DNA of 64,000 nt from Octopus bimaculoides (taxonomy: Eukaryota): NCBI RefSeq assembly GCF_001194135.2, contig NC_068987.1, positions 96,250,171-96,314,170 of the forward strand, read 5' to 3'. Below, in pieces: positions 13,074-21,691 of the stretch. A program made the position numbers and the translations under genes. Under the pieces are notes generated by a model that was given only the letters and a program-made list of their open reading frames with translations, did no database searches and had not been told where the DNA came from. The stretch's first letter is position 1. Each line of letters opens with the position of its first letter.

Positions 13074-16000
13074 AGAAGGTGATAAAATGGTAGGAATGAG
13101 AAGAAAAGACAAGCAAGAGATAGAAGCATACTAATAAATATACAGAAATACAGCTTACAGTTTTATCAACATATGTTCTGTCACAAGAGAGAGAGAGGTA
13201 AAAGACAAGGAGTGATAAAAGAGAGAAAGAGAAAGAAGGAAAACATAAATGAGAAGAGAGAAAAAGAAAGATGGAATAACTACCTTCTTCAGCTGACAAC
13301 ATATGATGAGCAACTAGTCGATCAAATGCTTCAAAGCAATATATATCCTGATTTAAAGCCATCCGATAATAATCTGTTGCTAAGATACGGTTGTCCATGG
13401 CTTCGTATATCTTGCCACGTAGTAAGTTTATACAGCTTTCCATCTGGCACAAAAAAAAAAAAAATAAATATATAGAAATCTTCAGACTTTGGATGTATCT
13501 CGGACAGAGAAGAATCTACTAGAGAAGCTTGAAGTACAGATATCATTAAGAAGCACACGAGCTGTGCGCATAAGATGCAGGACTAATGATCCCAGAGACA
13601 AGAGTTATTAACTTCAAAGTTTTACTATTATTACACTACAGTCAAGTCACTGTGATGTACCTAGAGCAAGAAACATAACTGCGTGTATCAATTTGCTATC
13701 TGACACACATCACATACTTAATTCTCAATTCATTATGTGTGCATGTACGTTCCTATCTATCTCTCTCTTTCTGTGGTTAGAACGTCAGGCTCACAATCAT
13801 GAAGTAGTGAGTTCAATTCCTGGACCAGGCTCTGTGTCGTGTTCTTGAGCAAGACACTTTACTTCATGTTGCTCCAGTTCACTCAACTGTAGAAATGAGT
13901 TGCGACATCACTGTTGCCACGGTAGCGTGGAGATGGGAAGCTGGTACTCATGGGTGACTGCTGGTCTTCTATAAACAACCTTGCCTAGACTTGTGCCGCA
14001 GAGAGGAACTGTCTAGGTGCATCCCATGATCATTCATGACTGAAGGGGTTTTTTACGTTTATATATATACATCTTTTGTTTTTGTTTCTTTTCTTAGTTG
14101 TGTTAGTCATTAGACTGTGGCCATACTGGGGCACAGCCTCGAAGAATTTTTAGCCAAATGAATTGACCCCAGTGCTTATTTTTTGTTAAGCCTGGTACTT
14201 ATCACATTGGTCTTTTTTGCCAAACACCTAAGTTATGGGGATGTAAACACACCGACACCGGTTGTTAAGTGGTGGTGGGGGACAAACACAGACACAAAGA
14301 CACACGCACATTACATACATACATATATATATGACGGGCTTCTTTCAGTTTTCATCTATCAAATTCACTCACAAGGCTTTAATCAGACTGAGTGCCGCTG
14401 GACTGGCTCCTGTGCAGGTGGCACATAAAAAACACCATTTTGAGCATGGCCGTGCCAGTACCACCTGACTGGCCTTCGTGCCGGTGGCACAAAAAAGCAC
14501 CCACTACACACTCGGAGTGGTTGGGATTAGGAAGGGCATCCAGCTGTAGAAACTCTGCCAAATCAGATTGGAGCCTGGTGTAGCCATCTGGTTCGCCAGT
14601 CCTCAGTTAAATCGTCCAACCCACGCTAGCATGGAAAGCGGACATTAAACGATGATGAGGTTATACAAGAAACTTGCCCAAGGTACCACACATCAGGACT
14701 GAACCTGAAACTATGTGGTTTTGGGTTCAGTTCAACATCACCTTTAGTATATGTTTTCCACTATAGCTCTGGGTCAAATCAAAGTGTCCCTTTGTCTTGA
14801 CATCACATGATAGTCATATAAGAGTGTCATTCATTTCCAATCTTTCATGAAAATATGTCCGACCAGGGGGAAATTGGTACTTTGCTTGGAAACAGGAAGG
14901 GTGCCAGCTTTAGAAAATCTGCCTCACTGACCTATGAAAGCATGAAAAATTGCAATGAAGCAGAAAGAGGAGAGACAGAAAGAGAGAGAGAACACATCTG
15001 AGTTAACAATTGTAATATGTTTCTTTTGGATATGGTCAACAATAACTGAAGAATTGAAAATATTCTTTAAAAAAAAAGAGAAAAAAAGAAACAAGAAAAA
15101 AAGAACACCAACAACTCACGTTTTGCGTAGACATACTCAATTCTGACATATTTGTACTTTGGTTCAAAGTCTTATTGAGGAATATTTTTGTCTGATTAGA
15201 ATTTTGGTCAGATAGATTGATGATGTTCAAAGCTAGCTGCCATTCTTTACATTCATACTGAAACAAATTAAAACACATGATGTTACATTCTCCAACCTCC
15301 TACTTTCCAACATCAACTCAGACTAAACAAGAGAGCTTCTATGCAGTTTCATGACCTGCTACAAAGAGCAAGCAAATTGTCTCAAACCACATCCCACCAT
15401 CTTCAAAACTGGAATATAATAATGTATTAGACAATGCAGGACAAAAGATATTCAAAACAAAATAATAAGACTGGAAGGTCACAAATGGAAGAGCTTTGAC
15501 CATAGGCTCAATCACTAACTTTAATTTCTTTAGTTTATCAATATTAAAATCTCACGGTGGATTAGTGTGGTTAATTAACAACATTAATGTGGAGGCACAA
15601 TGGCCCAGGGGTTAGGACAGTGGACTTGCGGTTGTAGGATCGCGGTTTTGATTCCAAGACCAAGCGTTGCGAGTGTTTATTGAGCGAAAACACCTGAAGC
15701 TCCACGTAGCTCCAGCAGGAGGTGGTAGTGAACTCTGCTGTACTCTTTCACCACAACTTTCTTTCTGTTTCTGTTGTGCCTGTATTTTAAAGGGGCCAGC
15801 CTTGTCACACTCTGTGTCACGCTGAATTTCTCTGAGAACTACATTAAGGGTACACGTGTCTGTGGAATACTCAGCCACTTGCACATTAATTTCACGAGCA
15901 GGCTGTTATGTTGATCAGATCAACTGGAACCCTTGTCGTCGTAACCGATGGAGTGCCACGATTAACAACATTAATGTACAGTCAGATTTTTACATATGAG

Positions 16001-19000
16001 GTGGTATCAAGAAGTTCCCAGACTAGTTCTGTAGTGTGTCAACAGATGGCAGCACACGGTTGCGTGCGCAGTGAGAGCTAGCAGTGACCTTCATGAGGTA
16101 GTGTGCCAAGTGACATCACTGTGTTTACTTCGCAAGTTGTGGAATTTGTGTTTTTGTGATCACGTGTATGCTGTAGTCTGCAATTTTGTTATGGTCAGGA
16201 ACAATGTGAAATTTTGCGTTAAACTTGGGAAGTCTGCTACAGAAGCATTGAGCATGCTTTGGCAAGCTTACAGCTATGAGGCAGTGGGTTGTTTATTTTA
16301 ACAAAAAAAAAAAAAAATAAATAAAAGACAATAATACTTACATGACATCTGGCAGCCAGGTATCGACACTCTGCATGTGTCTGGAAGAAATAGAAAAGCA
16401 ATACAGCAAAAAAGTTTAAAAAGTCAGTTTTGAAAGTTTAATATATTAACAGCAGGTGTGGCTGTGTGGTGAGTGGATTTGGTAGATGGAAACTGAAAGA
16501 AGCCTGTTGTTTACATGTATATATATCTACATGTGTGTGTCTTTGTGTATGTGTTTATCTCTCACCACCAACTGACAAATGGTGTTGGTGTGTTTATATC
16601 CTTGTAACTTAGCAGTTCAGCAGAAGAAACCAACAGAATAAGTATCAGGCTTTACAGAACATAATAAGTACTGGGATCGATTCGTTCAACTGAAATTCTT
16701 CAAGGCAGTGCCCTAGCATGGCCGCAGTCTAATGACTAAAGCTAGTAAAAATCCATCCTAATCAATGTCACTGCTATCAAATTTTACATTACACAATTAC
16801 CATCACCACAAGGAGATCCTATGTTGTTGTTTAGCCACAGGTAAACAACAGGTAAATAATACAGATCTATCATTAAAGACATTCTGGATTTAAGTAACTT
16901 ATCTTCTTTTCTTAAACCATAGTTTATCTAAGACTACATTATCCAATGTCTCCCTTTTGGAAAACAGTAGGTGTGATTTGAGAGACTTGGCTGCTATTTC
17001 TAGCAAGCTTTATGACAATATAGATGCTTTTTCTCAGTGGCTCAACTCTTCAATGCAGATGTTCAACTTATTTAATATAATAGCAATGTGCTTTTTCTTG
17101 TGATACTAACACAAGAGAGGTTGAGTAGTCCACGGTGCGACAAGACTAATGGGACTTCACAGCCCTCCACTTTCTCGGCTCATTTCCTAAACACTTTATT
17201 CAGTGTACTCGGTGCATCTTTCATGGCACAAGCACAAAATCTAAAACACAAAGAAGATGAATTGGTTGAAAACTTCTTTCAAACTCCCATCATCATTGTT
17301 GTTTTTATGCCTAGATTTTCTATATTAACATCAGGTTGAGTAATCTGCAGAACAGTATATTGCCATGCTTCTCAATCATGCGTCTGCTCAACTACAAAGC
17401 CCAACACATTAATACCTAACCTCTCTACTTCTTGGTGGGTATTCCCCTGTCAAGAGTAACTTCTACTAACCTTATCAGTAAGCTCCAACAGTCCCAGATC
17501 TTCCACCACGATACTTTATGTCTTCCTCAGACATAATACTATTACATCTTATGCTTTTCTCTGCCATACATACCATTCACTGTCAATAGATGGCACTCTT
17601 TCATTGTCAGCATCATTTAATGTGACACTGGCACGGGTGCCTTTACACATGGTGTTGGTACAGGTGCTTTAATCCGTGGCACCAGCATGTGTTTTCTTAT
17701 TTCTTTTATGCTCACAAGGGGCTAAACATAGAGGGGACAAACAAGGACAGACAAAGGGATTAAGTCAATTACAGCGACCCCAGTGCGTAACTGGTACTTA
17801 ATTTATTGACCCCGAAAGGATGAAAGGCAAAGTCGACCTTGGCTGAATTTGAACTCAGAACGTAATGGCAGACGAAATACCGCTAAGCATTTCACCCGGA
17901 GTGCTAACGTTTCTGCCAGCTCGCCACCTTAACAGCAGCATGAGTGTTTTCTACAGGCTGCTGGTACAGGTGCTTTTTATGTGGAGCTGACACAAGTGCT
18001 CTCTTTATGTGGTACCAACACAGGTGCTTTTTATGCGGTGCCAGTGCAGGTACTCTTTATGTGGTGCTAATGCAGGTACTTTTTACATAGCACTAGTACC
18101 CATGGGGTCATCAAGTTGCTTGCAAATCTAAATTTCTACAACAGTAAACTCACATCGAAGGTGAGATAACTATGGCTGCATTACTCCATGGTGAAAGGAA
18201 GTTGAGCCGTTGCAAACAGACTTGGTAATAACTCTTACTGCAACTATTACCACCGCTACCACTAAGACCACTCCTATGAATACCACCACCATTCCTACAG
18301 CAACTACCACCCCTACTCCCTATCATTAGCATTATCTTTGTCATGTACTCCACTCCTACAAGTGTGGTTCTAGAATATTATGTGCACAAAGATGTACGTG
18401 TGTTTATAACAGATGTGTATGATATTTGGGTTATGTAAAGAGCTCCCATAGGATTACACAGGCCACAAACCAGAGTATATGGCACAGTGAAATTTGAACT
18501 ATTCATAAATTTCTCACACCAATAGATCAATGAAATATAACGAGCTAGCTATACTTTAGAGTGATAAAGTACTCCCAGTCACCTCTGACCATTTTGTAGC
18601 TGAGAGACTTTCATTAGTTAGCATTTAATTCTAGTGACTGTGTGATACTTTCCCTCATCATCATGATTTAATGTGCATGTTCCATGCTGGCATGGGTTCG
18701 GCAGTTTGACAGAAGCTGGCAAGATGGAGAGCTGCACTAGGCTCAAATTGTCTGCTTCCTTATGCCAACCACTTCACAGAGCATACTGGGTGCTTTTTAA
18801 CATGACACTAACATGGATGTTTTTTTACATGGCACCAGCAACTTAATAATCAAACAATGTGGAAAGCATAAGAAACCCACTGGACTTACCTTGTCGAGTT
18901 TTTTACTGCGAAGAAGATGAGATGCTCGATGATACTGTCCTGTGAGGTAGAGGGCTTGTGCATACCAGTAAATGTCTTCAACAACACCTGAGCAAAGAAT

Positions 19001-21503
19001 ACAAAATAAAAATATATAAAGAAAAATAAACAAAAAATTAAATTACCAACATACAAAAAAACTTACAGAAGAGTCAATGTACAAGCCTTTACATAGTCAT
19101 TTGAAATAGCAGCCAACTTATTTTTAAACATCACCATGGATTAGAGCCATTGACTGATTAGGGTTTGCTATGGATGCAAAACATTTCTGATGAAAATATG
19201 AACATCATTTAGGTGCAGGAGTGGCTGCGTGGTAAGAAACTTGCTTTCCAACCACATGGTTCCAGGTTCAGTCCCACTGTGGCACCTTGGGCGAGTGTCT
19301 TCTACTATAGCCTCAGGCCAACCGAAGCCGTGTGAGTGGATTTGGTAGATGGAAACTGAAAGAAGCCCATCATATATATATATATTTGTTATTTGTGTCT
19401 GTGTTTGTCTCTCCACCATCACTTGACAACTGATATTGGTGTGTTTACATCCCCATCAATTAGTGGTTCGGCAAAAAGAGCCCGATAGAATAAGTACTAG
19501 GCTTATAAAGAATAAGTCCTGGGGTAAATTTGTTCGACTACAGGCGGTGCTCCAGCATGGCTGCAGTCAGATGACTGAAACAAGTGAAAGAATAAAAGAA
19601 ATCATCTCTTGGCTTAGTCAGCAAGCTACCAGACTTCTACAGACTTGGCCAGCAACCCATCAGAGTTCTACACATTCAGTCGGCAAACAACTAGATTCTT
19701 ATAGATTTAATTAAGTGTGAATGAATTTCTAGTAAAATGCAAAAGCGATAAGCTTGATGCTAAACTTACCATTTGACAAAGAAACTGCTTTATCTGCCCA
19801 AAAAACTGCAGACTCATATTGGTGCTGAAAAAAAAAACAAAACAAAATAACATCAGAGTAATAACAATTTTTTGTATTTCCACAATCATGATAAAGTCAT
19901 TATAGCTATTAATAATAATGATAATCCTTTCTACTCTAGGCACAAGGCCTGAAATCTTGGGGCAGGGGGCTAGTTGATTACATCAACCCCAGTCTTTTAT
20001 CGACCACGAAAGGATGAAAGGCAAAGTCGACGTCGGCGGAATTCGAACTCAGAACATAGCGACGGGCGAAATACCGCTAAGTATGTTTCTGACTAGGGTG
20101 CAAGACCAGCAACTTTGAGAAGAGGTAGTTGATAACCTTTACTTCAGTACTTGACTGGTATTTTATTTTATCGACCAGTGTTAATAAAGTCGGTAGATTT
20201 GGAAGGAATGTATAGTTGATAAAATAGTCACCAGTACATAAAAGGTACATCTTTCAGTTATCTAAGAAATATTGGTGAAATTTGAAATCAGAACTAAGGG
20301 ACGTAACTATATACTACAAAGGTATTTTGCTACCGGCGCTACTGATTTTGCAATGTATTTCAATAATACAAATAATTATTTAGCAGTGGTGTTTGATACC
20401 CCTACCTAAAAAACAAATCACTGAAATTAATTAGAATTATGATACTCTCGGCATTAATAACATTATTCTTTCCTATTATAGGCAAAAGGCTTGAAATTTT
20501 AGTGGGAGGCGGAGGGGGTGGCTACTCGATCACATCGACCCTGTACTCAACTAGTACTAATTTTATCGAACGCAAAGGATGAAAATCAAAGTTCACCTCG
20601 GCGGAAACTGAACTCTGACAGACGAAATGCCGCTGAGCATTTTGCCCGGCGTGCTAACGATTCTGCCATTAACAGAAATAGTATTTAGTTGCGCCCCTTT
20701 ACGTTTAAATTTTGAATCTGATCGGGGTTGATTTTCCTTTTCATCCAACTGATGGGTGAAATGTATGTTTTTTCCTGTAGATTTTGTTGTGTTAGAATTA
20801 CTCTAACCGCCAAAATCATTGGAAATTACTCATTCGCTAGGTAAACCACACTTTCAAAGTGAGACATGTGTAATAGTTAAAAATTCACCAAATAAGTAGC
20901 ACAGCTGTTCTGAAATCAATATAATCGACTGTGCAGATCCCCAAAATATGAGGTCTTGCGCCTATGATGGTAGCAATGTCACGTCAAGAAAGGTAGGAAT
21001 TAGTAATTTTTACATATCTAATAAAGGAATTCAGTTAATTGCCGCAGAGCTTTCATTTGGTTCTAATTAATAGAATTCTAACAGGACCGATCTCAATAAT
21101 TAGCATATGTTGTGTTTTCATTAATTCTGCTTCCTAGCTTGTAGAAGACAGACAGAAGTTGTCAAAATTCCGTCACTGTATCAGAGAAAGTAACAAGTGC
21201 CGATGAGTTTAGGAAAAGGATACATTCGAAAACAAACCACATTTTACTATTTTATCGTAATCTCCCGGAGAAAAAAAATGAAAACACATCAAATACGACT
21301 TCTGATAAAGGAACAAATATAACATGAATGAAACGAGTGTTCCGGATGAAATTCCTCCGGACACTAACATTAATTGGGGGATTCGATTAAGGGCATTGTC
21401 AAGCAGTAGCGGGAAACACAGGTGACTGGGGAATGAGTGAATAAATCGTGCTTACATTGTCTATATATTGGCGGACACGTTCACGAAGCTGTCGTAGATT
21501 CAT
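1311..21503 (-). CDS. CDC16: Cell division cycle 16 / APC6 (APC/C TPR subunit), 14 coding exons in window, 3'-partial
   Basis: Exons 21456-21503, 19770-19824, 18890-18987, 16342-16380, 15120-15257, 13284-13443, 12060-12154, 11775-11908, 10248-10327, 7872-7921, 7106-7176, 4908-5033, 2518-2670 and 1311-1436 all have GT..AG boundaries and splice in frame (1373 nt). Peptides such as MNLRQLRERVRQYID, AERHYYNCDF, EHDQAMAAYFTASQLMKGCHLP and LEYGLTNNSKLAERFFSQAL match CDC16 as I know it. Confidence 0.97.
1496..1642. repeat. Inverted repeat, 59-bp arms (Penelope pLTR-like relic)
   Basis: 1496-1554 is the reverse complement of 1584-1642 with 3 mismatches. Confidence 0.9.
2518..2670 (-). CDS. CDC16: CDC16 exon 13
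   Basis: CHLPVLYIGLEYGLTNNSKLAERFFSQALTIAPEDPFVLHEMGVIAFQNQ; GTAAGT donor. Confidence 0.97.
3130..3198. other. Assembly gap
   Basis: N run inside (AT)n. Confidence 0.99.
3605..3640 (+). mobile_element. Tc1-type terminal inverted repeat, solitary
   Basis: TA|CAGGGGTTGGACAAAATAATGGAAAC; no partner TIR found. Confidence 0.45.
4908..5033 (-). CDS. CDC16: CDC16 exon 12
   Basis: KATTLDRMYGPAWLAYGHSFAVDQEHDQAMAAYFTASQLMKG; GTCAGT donor. Confidence 0.97.
5311..6540 (+). mobile_element. Decayed mariner transposase, interrupted by an RTE-tail insertion at about 6262-6412
   Basis: Broken translations FLGKIIASNEKWV, WDMEGVIHHEVL, LYDNA*PH and LPHPPTLPHMT correspond to the DDD catalytic core motifs. 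Confidence 0.85.
6262..6412 (+). mobile_element. RTE-type 3' tail / short retroposon ending in (GAT)n; exemplar of a family with many copies (about 3225, 10530, 14380, 18660, 22735, 24800, 27228, 27727, 30430, 58830, 60400)
   Basis: GGTTGGCGTTAGGAAGGG...CCATGCTAGCATGGAAAGCGGACGTTAAACGATGATG recurs across the window on both strands. Confidence 0.85.
6700..7035 (-). mobile_element. 3' end of an RLE-type (HERO-like) non-LTR retrotransposon
   Basis: Minus-strand translation LLLSLGLTHRKVNTIMTDIQTTVEKASHWIWLK resembles the C-terminus of HERO-clade ORFs (recalled, not searched); a more GC-rich 3' UTR follows. Confidence 0.65.
7106..7176 (-). CDS. CDC16: CDC16 exon 11
   Basis: VAWFSVGCYYLLINNYEPARRYL; TAG acceptor, GTGAGT donor. 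Confidence 0.96.
7872..7921 (-). CDS. CDC16: CDC16 exon 10
   Basis: (E)LFYLSHKLVDLYPTKP|GTAAGT. Confidence 0.96.
8175..8460 (+). mobile_element. RTE LINE C-terminus and 3' UTR fragment
   Basis: ...DEVERKDLQTLGLTEEM...AVLEKTCQAK*; a similar piece lies on the minus strand at about 22990-23140. Confidence 0.7.
8665..9060 (-). mobile_element. Two tandem copies of a tRNA-headed SINE (core GTCGACTTTGCCTTTCATCCTTTCGGGGTCGAT)
   Basis: Core repeated at about 8760 and 8945; other copies at about 17700-17930, 19930-20080, 20470-20670, 30815-31000, 38713-38930 and 50010-50200. Confidence 0.85.
10248..10327 (-). CDS. CDC16: CDC16 exon 9
   Basis: VLKKDPYNSLCLPLHIAVLVELKKSN; GTGAGT donor. Confidence 0.96.
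11106..11462 (-). mobile_element. tRNA-headed SINE with 13-bp target site duplication
   Basis: CACTATACCATAG at 11093-11105 and 11463-11475; same family as 15591-15960. Confidence 0.9.
11775..11908 (-). CDS. CDC16: CDC16 exon 8
   Basis: YNKPGQLDIPNQLEAFTTNLDVEVNLAERHYYNCDFIRCYNITH; CAG acceptor, GTAAAA donor. Confidence 0.96.
12060..12154 (-). CDS. CDC16: CDC16 exon 7
   Basis: (E)KELLESLPFNHQCPEEERDLVKFLYENRLKK|GTAGGC. Confidence 0.95.
12570..12969 (+). mobile_element. Non-autonomous Helitron-like element
   Basis: A|TCTATAATAATAAA start; 3' hairpin GCTTAAAAG...CTTTTAAGT followed by TTAG|T (variant of CTAG). Confidence 0.55.
13284..13443 (-). CDS. CDC16: CDC16 exon 6
   Basis: MESCINLLRGKIYEAMDNRILATDYYRMALNQDIYCFEAFDRLVAHHMLSAEE; CAG acceptor, GTAGTT donor. 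Confidence 0.96.
13775..14050 (+). mobile_element. tRNA-headed SINE (head shared with the 49455 family, different tail)
   Basis: B-box GAGTTCAATTCC and core TCTTGAGCAAGACACTTTACTTCATGTTGCTCCAG. Confidence 0.75.
15120..15257 (-). CDS. CDC16: CDC16 exon 5
   Basis: TTTCAG|YECKEWQLALNIINLSDQ...SMSTQN|GTGAGT. Confidence 0.92.
15591..15960 (+). mobile_element. Full-length tRNA-headed SINE with 17-bp target site duplication
   Basis: ATTAACAACATTAATGT at 15574-15590 and 15961-15977; A-box TGGCCCAGGGG and B-box GGTTTTGATTCC. Confidence 0.92.
15997..16280 (+). mobile_element. Mariner family A, 5' fragment
   Basis: TA|TGAGGTGGTATCAAGAAGTTCC TIR; [23 protein letters not shown] (HTH); matches 39383-40280. 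Confidence 0.85.
16342..16380 (-). CDS. CDC16: CDC16 exon 4 (39 nt)
   Basis: TTCCAG|THAECRYLAARCH|GTAAGT. Confidence 0.95.
18890..18987 (-). CDS. CDC16: CDC16 exon 3
   Basis: VVEDIYWYAQALYLTGQYHRASHLLRSKKLDK; CAG acceptor, GTAAGT donor. Confidence 0.96.
19211..19600 (+). mobile_element. tRNA-headed SINE family ending CAGTCAAATGACTGAAACAAGTAAAAGA; other copies at about 16450-16750, 33515-33880, 50223-50637, 54420-54600 and reverse copies at about 870-1220, 1890-2110, 14085-14400, 51560-51860
   Basis: GTGGCTGCGTGGTAAGAAACTTGC...GGTTCAGTCCCACTG head; recurrent body. Confidence 0.85.
19770..19824 (-). CDS. CDC16: CDC16 exon 2
   Basis: TTTCAG|HQYESAVFWADKAVSLSN G|GTAAGT. Confidence 0.95.
21456..21503 (-). 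CDS. CDC16: CDC16 exon 1 (start codon)
   Basis: MNLRQLRERVRQYIDN followed by GTAAG donor. Confidence 0.93.
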
Positions 21504-21684
21504 TCCGCATGATGTTTCTTCAACACAACCTTCAATTTCACCCGCCATTATTGTTATTTATATGACGCATGCTTACAAATTATATTCAACCAATCAGCTT
21601 ACAGTTAAGAAAGCCGACTGCCTTAATATAACGGGTTTCTATTAGTGGTTAACAAATACTGTTACCATAGAAACAAAAACAAAG
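21504..21684. promoter_or_regulatory. Putative bidirectional promoter shared by CDC16 and AKAP14-like
   Basis: 181 bp between divergent ATGs. Contains YY1-like CCGCCATT (about 21542-21549), TGACG (21563-21567), AACCAATCAG CCAAT box (21588-21597) and an X-box. Confidence 0.75.
21661..21674. promoter_or_regulatory. RFX X-box
   Basis: GTTACCATAGAAAC fits GTYNCY-AT-RGNAAC; it lies 10 bp upstream of the ATG of a cilia-associated gene family member. Confidence 0.75.
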
Positions 21685-21691
21685 ATGGAAG
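21685..21691 (+). CDS. AKAP14: AKAP14-like putative first coding exon (7 nt: ATG GAA G)
   Basis: AAAG-ATGGAAG|GTAAAA. The phase-1 donor matches the phase-1 acceptor at 23700 and lies next to the X-box. The start assignment is inferred. Confidence 0.6.

Noticed and set aside
12961-13452. 163-aa ORF as a single-exon protein
   Set aside because: Only 13284-13443 is CDC16 exon 6; the remainder is read-through into a (CT)-rich intron.
15591-15665. tRNA genes at SINE heads (also 19211, 49455, 50223)
   Set aside because: A and B boxes are present, but there is no closed cloverleaf and each continues into a SINE body, several with TSDs.
18150-18353. Possible extra CDC16 exon ending at a GTGAGT donor near 18152
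   Set aside because: No similarity to CDC16, and exons 3 and 4 already join in frame without it.
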